DNA of 64,000 nucleotides, taken from assembly GCA_964402565.1 (NCBI GenBank), contig CAYOCJ010000001.1, forward strand, positions 352,079 to 416,078, in the 5' to 3' direction. Under the pieces are notes generated by a model, which worked only from the letters and a program-made list of their open reading frames with translations, did not search any database and was not told where the DNA came from. Source of the DNA: an uncultured Gammaproteobacteria bacterium (lineage in GTDB: Bacteria > Patescibacteriota > Patescibacteriia > UBA1558 > 2-01-FULL-52-15). Below are positions 8,531-18,836 of the stretch, one piece after another; the first letter of the stretch is position 1, and each line of letters begins with the position of its first letter. The position numbers and the translations under genes are program-made.

Positions 8531-8574
8531 TCCACGTTCGGGTCTGACAGTGTAGTTGTATCTACGTAACAGCA

Positions 8575-8612
8575 TCCCTCCCTCGTTTATTCGGGGGAGG
8601 GACTGTTATTTG
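8575..8612 (+). terminator. rho-independent terminator of the surface-protein gene
   Basis: The stem is TCCCTCCC (8575-8582) paired with GGGAGGGA (8595-8602), the loop is TCGTTTATTCGG, and a CTGTTATTTG U-rich tail follows. Confidence 0.6.
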
Positions 8613-8685
8613 TGTGAAATATTATGAGATGGAGGAGTGTAGACAGTGATGCCGGAATACTGTACAGTATATCCACATTTGGCCT

Positions 8686-9477
8686 ATGAAAACGTATCGG
8701 AAGGTATTGTTGATCGTCATTCTCCTATTACTCGCAGCCGCAGCTGCGCGTTTTTGGTATTCGCGGCAGGGTTCGTCTCCAGCACAAAAAACCGATCAGC
8801 AAGCGCATATTACTGAAGTTGTCAAACAAATGCAGACATTGGAATTCAAAAAAACTGATATCCCCAACGATCAGAAAAAGCTAATTACTGATGGATTTGC
8901 AAGCGAGGTCAAAAAACTTATTAGTGCAGCAAAACTCCTTGATACAAACCGGGATGCGGCTTATGCGAATTTATTCTGGCCATTAAATGATATCGGCGCA
9001 TTCAACCGCCAGACAGGTGACTATGGGAAAGCCGAGCTTGCATTTCAGACAGCGCATGAGCTCGTGCCATCTGCCTATGTGCCATTAGGCAATTTGGGTG
9101 ACCTGTACTCAGATGCAGCCTCGCCGTTGCTCAATGATACCAAGGCAGCAGAGAGCTATGAGCAGGCCCTGGCAGCAATCGGCGCTGACCAAAAAGGGGC
9201 AGATGCCGGGATCTATGACACGTACCTGGAAACGTACTATAATGATCTGTATGTGATCTATCGATTCCGTTTTAATGATCCTGCAAAAGCTGAGAAGTTT
9301 TTGATCGATGGCGTAAAGAAATTCCCCAAAGTTTTGAATATCCTTGCTTATCTTGCTCTGTACTACCGCGATACCAATCAGATCGACAAAGCGATCTCGC
9401 GGTACCATGAATTACTGGTCAAAGATCCGAAGAGCATCGCAGCGCAAGAAGCTTTGCAGCAATTAGAAGCTAAGTAA
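8686..9477 (+). CDS. membrane-anchored TPR-like helical-repeat protein
   Basis: An N-terminal TM anchor (VLLIVILLLLAAAAA) is followed by helical-repeat, TPR-like sequence. It is 7 nt upstream of the O-antigen-ligase/TPR gene. Confidence 0.45.
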   Translation: MKTYRKVLLIVILLLLAAAAARFWYSRQGSSPAQKTDQQAHITEVVKQMQTLEFKKTDIPNDQKKLITDGFASEVKKLISAAKLLDTNRDAAYANLFWPLNDIGAFNRQTGDYGKAELAFQTAHELVPSAYVPLGNLGDLYSDAASPLLNDTKAAESYEQALAAIGADQKGADAGIYDTYLETYYNDLYVIYRFRFNDPAKAEKFLIDGVKKFPKVLNILAYLALYYRDTNQIDKAISRYHELLVKDPKSIAAQEALQQLEAK

Positions 9478-9484
9478 CATCACC

Positions 9485-11971
9485 ATGAGATCAATGAATA
9501 GTTTCCTGAAACAGCCGATCAATACCTGGATCATCCGAGTGATCAGTTTTTTGGCGATTGTCTTGACGCTTGTTCCGATGGTGACTTTTTCTAATATCTA
9601 TTTCCCCTATATTGTACCGCGCAACGATTTTTTCAGGATCGTCGTCGCGCTCATGTTCGTACTCTATACGGTTTTAGTGATGCGCGACCGTAGCTATTTG
9701 CCGAAACGCGGATTGCCGCTGTATCTGCTTCTCGGGTTCCTTGCGTCAATGACGCTGTCGAGCCTTTTCGGCTCGGAGCCCTTGTATAGTTTCACGAGCA
9801 ATTTCGAGCGCATGGACGGGCTGGTGACGGTATATACGCTGGCGCTATTTTTCATCGTGGTGATCAGTGTATTCAAGTCCAGGGATCAGATTGAGCGTAT
9901 TTTGTGGGCCAGCCTGTTCGTAGCGTATATGACTGCGGTCATCGGCATCAGCCAGATCGTCGGCGTCAACTTACTCCAAAGTTCGTCAGGAGGAGAGCGT
10001 ATTACCGCGACTTTAGGCAATGCAACGTATCTGTCAGCGTACTTGCTGATCCACCTCTTTATAGCTTGTTATGCATTTATCCGTTCTCCGCGCGGCATTT
10101 TGACAAAGATGTTCATGTGGTTTTCTTTATTGCTTGATATCGTTTTGGTAGTGATCCATTTCCGATACGGCAGTCCCGATGGCCATGGAGGCATCTGGAA
10201 TCAGGTTTTTGGCGATCCACTTGTCGCGCTGTCATTCTGCATCATCCAGCTCCTAGCAGTGTTTCCCTTATTCTTCAAGGATAGATTCAGCATGCAGCTT
10301 CGCATCGATAAGTTCATCCCGGCCCTGCTGCTGTGCATGTTCGTACTTTTGATGATCAATACGCAGACTCGCGGTGCCATTATCGGTTTAGCCTTTGGCG
10401 CATTCGCGGTTCTTGTCGGTGGTTTCGCGAGCAAGCAATTTTCGAGGACAGCGCGTCTGGTCTGCGCAGGTTTTTTGCTTGCAGGCATTATCGGCGTCGG
10501 CGGCATTTTTATTTTTAAAGACAGCGCACTGATAAAATCCACTCCGGTTTTCCAAAAAATCAGCTCTATTTCATTTACTGATGCTACGACCCGTTCGCGT
10601 TTGGCGACATGGCATTCAGCGATCGAAGGCTTTGCAGAACGACCTGTCTTTGGATGGGGAGTGGAGAATTTCCAGGAACTTTTCAATAAACATTTTCCGA
10701 CCGAGATCTATACTGACGAAGGTACGCCGCTTTGGTTCGACAGGCCGCATAATTTGCTTTTGCAGTATCTTGCAGAAGGCGGAGTCATAGGCATCGGCCT
10801 CTATCTCGCATTTCTCATAACCTTGATCATTGCTTCGTTCAAAAAGCTTCCGCGCAAGGAGGCGCTCTTCCTGCTCGGATTCATTGTTGCGTATATCGGG
10901 CAGAATGTATTCGTTTTCGACAGCATTAATAGTTATTTGCCGTTGTATATCGTGCTTGCCTTCAGCTATGCGTCGATCTATGTTTATTCCGCCCAAGCGG
11001 TTGATGCCGAGAAAAAAGCTCTCGTGCCCAGGGTCGGAGGTGCTGCAGTGGTCATTGTCGTGGGCGCGGTCCTTTGGATGGGTTTGTGGTATACCGTTTT
11101 TTGGCCGTTGTCGGTCAATAAGGAATTTGTATCATATTATTTTGCGCAGACAAGCTCACAGACGCCAGGATATAAACCTGAGATCACGAAGAAAGTCTTT
11201 GACCTTATCGATCACAGCCCCTATCTAGGCCGAGCTGAGTTGTTGGGTGTGTATTCTGAATTTGCGGTGAGCCGCTTCCGAGATGATAATCCAAACGGTG
11301 ACGATATGAAATTTCTGGCCTCAGGACTCGAGGAGCGGTTCGATCGGGAGCGCGCACAGGGTTATACGAAAGATGCCCGTTTCAATATGTTTGAGCTGAA
11401 CTTGCTCCTGAACGCAGGGCAATTTGATCCGATATTTTACGAAAAGGCCCTCGCGCTCAGCAATGAAAGTATTCCATTAAGCCCTGATCGTCCGCAATTC
11501 TATTATATTCGCGGCAGGGTCTATATGAACATGAAGCAATATGATAAAGGTATTGCTGATTTCAAGCATGCGGTTGAGCTTGCACCGTTGATCCCTGAAG
11601 CGCATTCGAATTTGTTCGCGGCCTATGCGACCATGGGCGATAAGGATCATGCGCGTACTGAGCTCATGGAATTAAGCAAATTGATGCCATTTGATGCAAA
11701 AGCGATCGCGCATGCGACGAGCGTCTATGTAGCAGCGGGTCTCTATGATGAGGCAGTCAATCTATTGCAGGAAGCAATAGTAGAATTCCCGAGCGAGGAA
11801 GCGCAGTTCCATGTCGGTCTAGCGCAGGTATATGCCGCATCAGGTGATGCAAAGACGGCCAGAAAAGAAATGGAAACAGCGGTAAAACTTGATCCAAGTA
11901 TCGCTCAGTATACCGAAGACTTCTATAAAAAGCTGGACGCAGGCGAGCTTACGCGGAAGAAGGCTCAGTAG
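9485..11971 (+). CDS. O-antigen ligase/polymerase-like (Wzy_C) polytopic membrane protein fused to C-terminal TPR repeats
   Basis: 828 aa. More than 10 TM helices and a Wzy_C signature (WFDRPHNLLLQYLAEGGVIGIGLYLAFL). C-terminal TPR units are present, for example YYIRGRVYMNMKQYDKGIADFKHAVELAP. Confidence 0.7.
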   Translation: MRSMNSFLKQPINTWIIRVISFLAIVLTLVPMVTFSNIYFPYIVPRNDFFRIVVALMFVLYTVLVMRDRSYLPKRGLPLYLLLGFLASMTLSSLFGSEPLYSFTSNFERMDGLVTVYTLALFFIVVISVFKSRDQIERILWASLFVAYMTAVIGISQIVGVNLLQSSSGGERITATLGNATYLSAYLLIHLFIACYAFIRSPRGILTKMFMWFSLLLDIVLVVIHFRYGSPDGHGGIWNQVFGDPLVALSFCIIQLLAVFPLFFKDRFSMQLRIDKFIPALLLCMFVLLMINTQTRGAIIGLAFGAFAVLVGGFASKQFSRTARLVCAGFLLAGIIGVGGIFIFKDSALIKSTPVFQKISSISFTDATTRSRLATWHSAIEGFAERPVFGWGVENFQELFNKHFPTEIYTDEGTPLWFDRPHNLLLQYLAEGGVIGIGLYLAFLITLIIASFKKLPRKEALFLLGFIVAYIGQNVFVFDSINSYLPLYIVLAFSYASIYVYSAQAVDAEKKALVPRVGGAAVVIVVGAVLWMGLWYTVFWPLSVNKEFVSYYFAQTSSQTPGYKPEITKKVFDLIDHSPYLGRAELLGVYSEFAVSRFRDDNPNGDDMKFLASGLEERFDRERAQGYTKDARFNMFELNLLLNAGQFDPIFYEKALALSNESIPLSPDRPQFYYIRGRVYMNMKQYDKGIADFKHAVELAPLIPEAHSNLFAAYATMGDKDHARTELMELSKLMPFDAKAIAHATSVYVAAGLYDEAVNLLQEAIVEFPSEEAQFHVGLAQVYAASGDAKTARKEMETAVKLDPSIAQYTEDFYKKLDAGELTRKKAQ

Positions 11972-13136
11972 TTTTGTAAAAACGCAAGTACAATTCTTCA
12001 GTTTTCTGAAGCATCTTGTCGAGAGTGAATTCTTCTCGCACCTTTTTTTGTAATGCATGCGACATAGATGCACGGAGTTTCGGGTCATCGTAGAAGGCCG
12101 CAAGCGCTAATGCAATGTCCTGTGCATTGCCCGGCTCTACCAAAAGTCCAAAAACCTGATGTTCAATGATCTCAGGGATGCCGCCGACTCTGCTGGCGAT
12201 GACCGGGACTCCTGCAAGGCCCGCTTCCAAAATCGCTAAAGGAAGTCCTTCCTTCAGCGACGGCAGAATACTTATATCAAATGCCTTCAACAGGCGTGAG
12301 GCATTGGGTACTGCACCATGGAATTGAACTGAATCTAAAATGCCTAAATTAGTGGCTTGTGTTTCAAGGTCTTTGCGCAGAGGGCCATCACCAAGGATCG
12401 AGAATTTCATTTTTTTATCACGCGGCAGTAATTGTATAGCATCCAGCAGTGCTGATAGACCTTTTGTAGGGTAGAGAGCTGCAATAGTACCAACGACAAA
12501 ACTGTCTTCTGGAATGTGTAATTGTGCACGAGCTTCTGATCGTGTGAGAAGCTCTTGTTTCGTATTAATGCCGTTGTGAATGACAACCATCCGCGCATCA
12601 GGAGCGATCTTATGTTGTATACCTTGTTGTTTATCATAGTCTGAGACGCATATCAGCGCGCCTTTCCAGCCCGCTGAGACTTTCTCAATGATGCGGTACA
12701 CCTGTTTTTTGAGAGCGGGGAGCGGTTCATTAAAAACAAAACCGTGTACGGTATAGATAACACGGATAACTTTATTTAACGGGTCGAAGCGATAGAGCCA
12801 AGCGGCGCATGCGCCGATCGCGCCTGCCATGGAGCTGTTGATATGAATAAAATCTGGTTGTTCGTTTTTGAGAAGTTTTCTGATTTCGAGTGTCGCCTCC
12901 CAGGCTTTCACCAGAGAGATGTCACGGATTAAACTATGAATGATGATCGGTTCGATACCGAGCGCACGAGCCTCAGCGAAAAATTGTGCGTCCTGATTTT
13001 TTTCTTCGCCGACCGCGATCAGAACTTGATTATGTTGCGAAAAAAAACGTGCGAGTTCGAGCAGATATTTTTGGGCACCACCATATTTGCTCTGGGTTAT
13101 GAGTAAAATGATTTTTTTCTTGTCAAGTCGGTCCAT
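11949..13136 (-). CDS. GT4-family glycosyltransferase
   Basis: GT-B C-terminal motif LKEGLPLAILEAGLAGVPVIASRVGGIPEII. The 3' end overlaps the convergent upstream gene by 23 nt. Confidence 0.8.
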   Translation of the reverse strand: MDRLDKKKIILLITQSKYGGAQKYLLELARFFSQHNQVLIAVGEEKNQDAQFFAEARALGIEPIIIHSLIRDISLVKAWEATLEIRKLLKNEQPDFIHINSSMAGAIGACAAWLYRFDPLNKVIRVIYTVHGFVFNEPLPALKKQVYRIIEKVSAGWKGALICVSDYDKQQGIQHKIAPDARMVVIHNGINTKQELLTRSEARAQLHIPEDSFVVGTIAALYPTKGLSALLDAIQLLPRDKKMKFSILGDGPLRKDLETQATNLGILDSVQFHGAVPNASRLLKAFDISILPSLKEGLPLAILEAGLAGVPVIASRVGGIPEIIEHQVFGLLVEPGNAQDIALALAAFYDDPKLRASMSHALQKKVREEFTLDKMLQKTEELYLRFYKTTEPSSA

Positions 13137-13231
13137 TTCTGTTGCATTATTGGCATTCTATGTTAAGATTCTACAGTAGTATCAGCAAAAAAACAAGAAA
13201 AATGGCAGAACGAGTAGGCGATGCTAAAGTA

Positions 13232-14392
13232 ATGAACGAAAGCAAACTGCGGGTATTGATGATAAGTCTTGACCCTGGCTTGCTGCATGCGAATGCAGGC
13301 ACCGGCGATACCCTGGAGCGCCATGCGATCTATGCTTCGCGGGTTGCGAGTTTAGATATTATCGTGCTCGGAGGAGCGTCTGACAGCAGCCTTGAGCACG
13401 GAACTCTGACCATACATAGCACCGGAGCAAAAGGCATTTCTTCTGTATTCCGGGGTTTATCGCATGCGCGGCATTTGATCGAGCGAAAGAAGATCAACTT
13501 GATCGTCACGCAAGATCCGCATGCAACCGGCTGGATAGGCGTAAAGCTGAAGAAAGAGTTTCACATTCCGCTGCTCGTTGATGTGCACGGAGACTTCTGG
13601 AATAACCAGGCCTGGCTGAGAGAATCATGGAAGAATTTTCTATTAGCTGCCAAGCAGCAAAGCATCATCCACGCGGCTGATCGTATTCGCGTCGTATCAT
13701 ATGGCATTGAAGAAAAACTATTGAAGTTAGGCATTGCTGCGGATAAAGTTGCAGTCATCAATACGCCGATCAATACGGCCATTTTTCAGGAGCTTGACGC
13801 GCATCAACAAGTTTTTTTAGAGGAGTTGCGATTTAAATACCAGGGTAAGCACGTCATCGTGTTTTGCGGACGGCTCGTGGCGGCAAAAAATTTGAGCTTC
13901 CTGATCGATGTAGTCTCTGATCTTAAAAAGCGGCGCAGTGATTGGATCTTGCTGATCATAGGCACCGGAGAACTACAGCAGGAACTCGAAAAACAGATCA
14001 AGAAACATCGCTTGTCATCGCATATTCAGCTTGTCGGTCCAAAACCTCCGCTTGAGCTTGCCGCGTACTATCATCTTGCGCTGCTCATGGTGTTGCCTTC
14101 GACGAATGAAAGCTTTGGCAAGGTCATCATCGAGGCTGGCGTATCCTCGATACCGACTTTATCCAGTGATACGACGGGTGCGCGCCACATCATTAAGGAT
14201 GGCAGGACTGGATTTCTGGTGCCCGTGAATGACCGAAACGCATTCCTCGAGGTGCTCTCAGAAATGCTCGAGTTCCCCGATCAAACGAAGCAGTTGGGCG
14301 AATGGGCGCGCGAGCTGTATGTACAACAGTACGCACGAGAAGCGACGATTGATCGCATCATTGAATTGTGGAGGAAAACAAGCGGTCTATGA
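13232..14392 (+). CDS. GT4-family glycosyltransferase
   Basis: The ORF is called from a TTG at 13142. Plausible ATG starts are 13202 and 13232. Motif ESFGKVIIEAGVSSIPTLSSDTTGARHIIKDGRTGFLV. Divergent from the GT4 at 11949..13136. Confidence 0.7.
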   Translation: MNESKLRVLMISLDPGLLHANAGTGDTLERHAIYASRVASLDIIVLGGASDSSLEHGTLTIHSTGAKGISSVFRGLSHARHLIERKKINLIVTQDPHATGWIGVKLKKEFHIPLLVDVHGDFWNNQAWLRESWKNFLLAAKQQSIIHAADRIRVVSYGIEEKLLKLGIAADKVAVINTPINTAIFQELDAHQQVFLEELRFKYQGKHVIVFCGRLVAAKNLSFLIDVVSDLKKRRSDWILLIIGTGELQQELEKQIKKHRLSSHIQLVGPKPPLELAAYYHLALLMVLPSTNESFGKVIIEAGVSSIPTLSSDTTGARHIIKDGRTGFLVPVNDRNAFLEVLSEMLEFPDQTKQLGEWARELYVQQYAREATIDRIIELWRKTSGL

Positions 14393-15426
14393 AATTACTC
14401 ATGATCACGCGGAAGGTGGATCGAAATGATTCCCTGGCAGGGTTTACCTATACATGGGTGAAGGCTTTTGCTGAGCTTGTTGCCGAGCTTCATGTGATAT
14501 GCCTGGAAAAAGGGGATACAACAGGCTTGCCTGAGAACTGCAACATTTACTCTCTGGGCAAGGAGCTAAAGAAAGATCGCTGGTCAGAGTTCGTTTTGTT
14601 CCATAGGTATGCCAAGCGCATCGTCCCGAATGTGGACGCTATCTTTTCTCATCAAAACCCTGAGTATGGTATTTTGATCGCTCCATGGGCAAAAGCATAC
14701 AAAAAAAAGCTCATTGCGTGGTATACACATCGGGCCGTTACCTGGCGCTTGCGGCTAATGACTGCGCTCTGCACTACGGTCGTAACGGCATCAAAAGAAA
14801 GCTTTCGGCTGCCAACAAAAAAGTTGAAAGTCCTCTCGCATGGCATTGATACTGATCATTTCGTATCTGTACCGCAGAGTAGCTCTACTGCAAAAAGGCT
14901 GCTCTCTGTCAGCAGGCTGTCGCCTTCGAAGCATATAGAGATGATGATAAGCCTTCTTCCTGCATTGTCTGAGCATATGAAGGAAAAAATACAATTACGC
15001 ATTGTCGCGACGCCTGCACGGCCGGGTGACCATGCATATGCAGAAAAACTGCGAAAACAGGTTTCGGATATGAAGCTAGAACAATATGTCCAATTCATCA
15101 CTTCAGTCCCGTATACTGACTTGCCGCAGGAATACGCACAGGCAGATCTTTTTTTGAATTTTTCGGATACCGGGAGTCTTGATAAAGCGGTCCTTGAAGC
15201 GCTGTCATGCGGCATTCCTGTGCTCACGACAAATATTGCTTTTAAGGAAATATGCGAGCAACTCGATCCGCGGATGTTCACTGAAAACAGCGCTGAGCAG
15301 ATAGGCGCTCATGCCAAGGATTTATTGGTGAATCATTCGGTCCGACCTGAACTGCTCAGGCAGTACGTAATTGACGAGCATAGCCTTCATCATTTGATCA
15401 AAAAGATATTGGCGCTCTATGTCTGA
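14389..15426 (+). CDS. GT4-family glycosyltransferase
   Basis: The ATG at 14389 overlaps the upstream stop (ATGA). Motif LEALSCGIPVLTTNIAFKEI. Confidence 0.65.
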   Translation: MKLLMITRKVDRNDSLAGFTYTWVKAFAELVAELHVICLEKGDTTGLPENCNIYSLGKELKKDRWSEFVLFHRYAKRIVPNVDAIFSHQNPEYGILIAPWAKAYKKKLIAWYTHRAVTWRLRLMTALCTTVVTASKESFRLPTKKLKVLSHGIDTDHFVSVPQSSSTAKRLLSVSRLSPSKHIEMMISLLPALSEHMKEKIQLRIVATPARPGDHAYAEKLRKQVSDMKLEQYVQFITSVPYTDLPQEYAQADLFLNFSDTGSLDKAVLEALSCGIPVLTTNIAFKEICEQLDPRMFTENSAEQIGAHAKDLLVNHSVRPELLRQYVIDEHSLHHLIKKILALYV

Positions 15427-16105
15427 TATCGTAAAACAGTATTATGAAACAACCGGGGAGCGGTATCGCATGAGTTCTACGCGGCGAGACCGGGTTTTTA
15501 GCTTGCTTGGTCAGGCCATCAATTCGTATGATGCTCAGACGCCGATCTCCGTCCTTGACATCGGCATTGGGAGCGGCGAGATCGCATCCTATTGCCGCGA
15601 ACATTTTTCAGATAGGAACATATCAGTAACTGGCATTGATATTTCAGAGCGCTTGCTTGCACAGCATGCGCATTTGTATGCAGAGACAAAAGCGGTCAAT
15701 GTCGATGCAGATCAATGGACGGATCAATTCAAACAGCAGTTTCATATAGTTATTGCCTCGGAATTGGTTGAACACTTGTTCAGGCCGGATGCTTTTTTTA
15801 AGTCCTTGCCCACCGTTATAGCGCCGCATGGGTATGTACTGCTTTCAACTCCGAATATGCTTCTCTGGTCGCAACGTATCAAATTTTTGCTGGGGCGCCA
15901 TGCATGGAGCGATGGCGGCGTTTTCGAATGGGGCCATATCCATCTTTTTTCATGGAAGTTTTTATGCGATCAGCTTGAAAAGAATGGATTCGCCATTCAC
16001 TCAACCAAACACGTATTGCATCCAAATGCGCTGAACGCATGGCAGCATATATTGCCGCCGGGCCTCTTCGCATTTCAATTTGTCCTGCTAGCTCAAAAGA
16101 AATGA
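15419..16105 (+). CDS. class I SAM-dependent methyltransferase
   Basis: SAM-binding motif I, VLDIGIGSGEIASY. There is an 8-nt overlap with the upstream gene. Confidence 0.7.
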   Translation: MSDIVKQYYETTGERYRMSSTRRDRVFSLLGQAINSYDAQTPISVLDIGIGSGEIASYCREHFSDRNISVTGIDISERLLAQHAHLYAETKAVNVDADQWTDQFKQQFHIVIASELVEHLFRPDAFFKSLPTVIAPHGYVLLSTPNMLLWSQRIKFLLGRHAWSDGGVFEWGHIHLFSWKFLCDQLEKNGFAIHSTKHVLHPNALNAWQHILPPGLFAFQFVLLAQKK

Positions 16106-17112
16106 AGCGAGTCATTTTTTTTGGCACGTATAATGGAGACTATCCGCGCAACCGTCTCTTGCTGAAGTGGACTGCCGAGGCCGCTGCGGTTGTAGAAGTC
16201 AATGAACGGGGCAGAGGAGTCGATAAGTATTTTCGCTTAGCGCGCTCTCTGATGAAATTAAAAAATTACGACGCAGTCGTCATCGGCTTCCCAGGGCATC
16301 TCGCATGCATCATTGCGCGGCTGGTGAGCCGCAAGCCGGTCATTTTTGACGCATTTATTTCGATGTATGACACCTATGTCTTTGACCGTGCAACTGTGAA
16401 GCCTGGTTCATTCGGCGCATGGTATTATTGGTGCATTGATTGGTTAGCATTTCATGCTGCCACGATGGTGGTTATCGATACGAACGAGCATGCGAAGTAT
16501 TTGGAAAACGAGTTCGGCATACCATCTGAACGGATCACAGTGGTACCTGTCGTGACCGACGTCGGCTTGTTCAAACCAGCACCAAAGGCAGCAACTGAAC
16601 AAAAGGTTATTTGGTGGCATGGTAAATTTTCTCGCTTGCATAATGTAAACTATATTATGGATGTTGCTACGCTCATGCGCGATGAAAAAAATATCAGCTT
16701 TCATTTTCTCGGGAGTGGCGGCGACGCGAAATCGATACGTTCGATCATCGAGTCTCGTCATTTGCAAAACGTGATTCTGTTCCCCCCGGTTCCCTATGAA
16801 CAATTGGCAAACAGCATTGTAACTGGCGATATATGCCTCGGTGTCTTTGGATCAAGCGACAAGGTCGACCGGGTCGTACCAAATAAGATCTTTGAGTATC
16901 TCAGCTGCGGCAAGCCGGTAGTGACGCGCAATTCGCATGCGGTACAGCGAATGTGTGCCGGCATGCCCATACGCTTCGTCGATGCACAACCGAAAGAGTG
17001 CCGAGATGCAATTCTTGAGCTGCTGCGCGTTCCTGTCGACCCAGAGAAAACACACAAAAAAGTTGAAGAATGGTATCAGAAAGCACAACAAACTTGGAAA
17101 CAATTGGTATGA
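16102..17112 (+). CDS. GT-B-fold glycosyltransferase (GT4-like)
   Basis: The ATG at 16102 overlaps the upstream stop (ATGA) and begins MKRVIFFGTYNGDYPRNRLL. The C-terminal half is Rossmann-like: VIWWHGKFSRLHNVNYIMD..VVPNKIFEYLSCGKPVV. Confidence 0.55.
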   Translation: MKRVIFFGTYNGDYPRNRLLLKWTAEAAAVVEVNERGRGVDKYFRLARSLMKLKNYDAVVIGFPGHLACIIARLVSRKPVIFDAFISMYDTYVFDRATVKPGSFGAWYYWCIDWLAFHAATMVVIDTNEHAKYLENEFGIPSERITVVPVVTDVGLFKPAPKAATEQKVIWWHGKFSRLHNVNYIMDVATLMRDEKNISFHFLGSGGDAKSIRSIIESRHLQNVILFPPVPYEQLANSIVTGDICLGVFGSSDKVDRVVPNKIFEYLSCGKPVVTRNSHAVQRMCAGMPIRFVDAQPKECRDAILELLRVPVDPEKTHKKVEEWYQKAQQTWKQLV

Positions 17113-18767
17113 AATTTATAGCTACAGTTAAACTGCTTTTCCAGCGGCAGAAGTTTCTGGTAATGCTCTGCCTTGTTTCATTTGTTATGGTTTTGATCGG
17201 CATCAACTATGGATTGCCATTGCATTTGATTGGCGATGAAGAGTCGCTCATCGGCGGCACGCTCAGCATGGCGCTGCATCACTCGTTCATACCCTCGTTA
17301 CACCCTGAATATTTTGACCTGCTCTATTATCCGGTGTTGCTGCCCTATAGTATTTTGGCAGCTTCTCTGCCGTTCGTTGCATGGCAATTAGCCCTCCATG
17401 GAGGTTCGCTTGCCATGACGCAGAATTATTTGATGTGGCATCTTTCTGGGTTATGGATTTCCGCCCGCTTGATCAGTGCCGTATGTTTTTGTGGGCTCAT
17501 AGCCGTTACCTATGCACTTGCAGCCTTGCTGTATAACAAGCGTACGGCAGTATTTGCCTCGCTGCTCGTCGCATCAAGTTTTTTTGGCGTCAATCTCAGT
17601 CATTGGATGCGGCATTGGTCGGCAACCACGCTCAGCGTCTATGTCACGTTATACGTTATACTTCGCTATATGCAACGGCGTGATGTGCCTGCTTGGCTCC
17701 CTGGCGTTGTCGGCGTCATCGGCATGGGTATTGCGTATGTTGTTGCATTCGGCTATGCGGTCGGCGCGTGCATCGTCATTGTGCAGAGGAAATTACTCGG
17801 AAAGGATTTCGTTCAATTCATTGTTCGCAACGTACTTATTTTCGTTATCGGTACCGCTGCGATCGTCAGTCTGTATTATCAGGATTTTATTCATCAATTT
17901 TATTCAGAAGATGGCACGATAACTGCTGTAAAGTCTTTTGCCGACGGTGTAGTGTCGATGAATCTTAGTTTCCTAAGTTTAATTTTGCATGAACCTATTT
18001 TGGTCCTGCTCTTCGTTTTTGGCCTTGTCCTGGCCAAAGCATACAGGAAAAGAGCGTTATTCATTTTGGGCACCTGCTTTCTCTATATGTTCTGTCTGTA
18101 TCTTTTTTACCATACGGCGCCGCGGTACATGTATTTTTGCGTCCCTGCACTTGCCTTAGTAGGAGGATCAGGATGTGATTGGCTTATCGAACATTTCTCA
18201 CATCGTGGCAAAATGTTTGTCTATGCATGCCTGTGCATTGCATTTGCAATTGTCATACGCTTTGACTGGCTTTTGTTGCATACGGATACGCGCCTGCTGG
18301 CGCTTCATTGGATGCGCACCCATGCAAGCGAGTCCATGGTCATTTCTTCGCCAAATATCAATGCCGCGCGCACGCATGAGAGTTTGCTTCGCGAACAGGA
18401 TATCGCTACGATCAATGCGGTGGAACGATCGCTGCTCGCGCATCCTGATGAAGCCGGGTCAACAGTGCTTATGGATTATACCAATCTCCATTTTTGGAAA
18501 AGCGAATCGCTTGATGATCTGAATGATTACCTGGAAAAAGTTCATCCGAGGTATGCGATACTGCAATACTGGGAAGCAGGAGATTTTGGCAATCAGGAAC
18601 ACAGTCTGCGAGCTGGCAGCACCATGGTCGCCCGGTTTACACAATCTTCGAGCGAGACGGCGCTCGATATCGCCGGGGATTTTTATGCGCCTAATTGGGT
18701 ATTCTTTACCATGCAGCGCTTGGGGCCTACGGTCGAAATATACGAATTGCAGTATCCGTCAAAGTAG
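17109..18767 (+). CDS. GT-C-fold membrane glycosyltransferase (ArnT/PMT, GT39/GT83-like)
   Basis: The start overlaps the upstream stop (ATGA). The protein is polytopic. A DE motif sits in the first extracytoplasmic loop (HLIGDEESLIGGTL). A C-terminal soluble domain is present. Confidence 0.55.
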   Translation: MKFIATVKLLFQRQKFLVMLCLVSFVMVLIGINYGLPLHLIGDEESLIGGTLSMALHHSFIPSLHPEYFDLLYYPVLLPYSILAASLPFVAWQLALHGGSLAMTQNYLMWHLSGLWISARLISAVCFCGLIAVTYALAALLYNKRTAVFASLLVASSFFGVNLSHWMRHWSATTLSVYVTLYVILRYMQRRDVPAWLPGVVGVIGMGIAYVVAFGYAVGACIVIVQRKLLGKDFVQFIVRNVLIFVIGTAAIVSLYYQDFIHQFYSEDGTITAVKSFADGVVSMNLSFLSLILHEPILVLLFVFGLVLAKAYRKRALFILGTCFLYMFCLYLFYHTAPRYMYFCVPALALVGGSGCDWLIEHFSHRGKMFVYACLCIAFAIVIRFDWLLLHTDTRLLALHWMRTHASESMVISSPNINAARTHESLLREQDIATINAVERSLLAHPDEAGSTVLMDYTNLHFWKSESLDDLNDYLEKVHPRYAILQYWEAGDFGNQEHSLRAGSTMVARFTQSSSETALDIAGDFYAPNWVFFTMQRLGPTVEIYELQYPSK

Positions 18768-18836
18768 ACTTTGTCTAGACACCTGAACCCGATTTTGCTA
18801 GTATCAGCGAAGTTGATACAGTTTATTTTTTGACTC

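Noticed and set aside
13142-13231. N-terminal extensions of several ORF-track calls starting at TTG/GTG (13142, 14368, 16039, 17070, 21867, 24474, 27589, 42186, 44245, 54080, 56239)
   Set aside because: In each case an in-frame ATG lies exactly at or just after the upstream stop codon, or produces a sensible signal peptide. The coordinates were adjusted accordingly.
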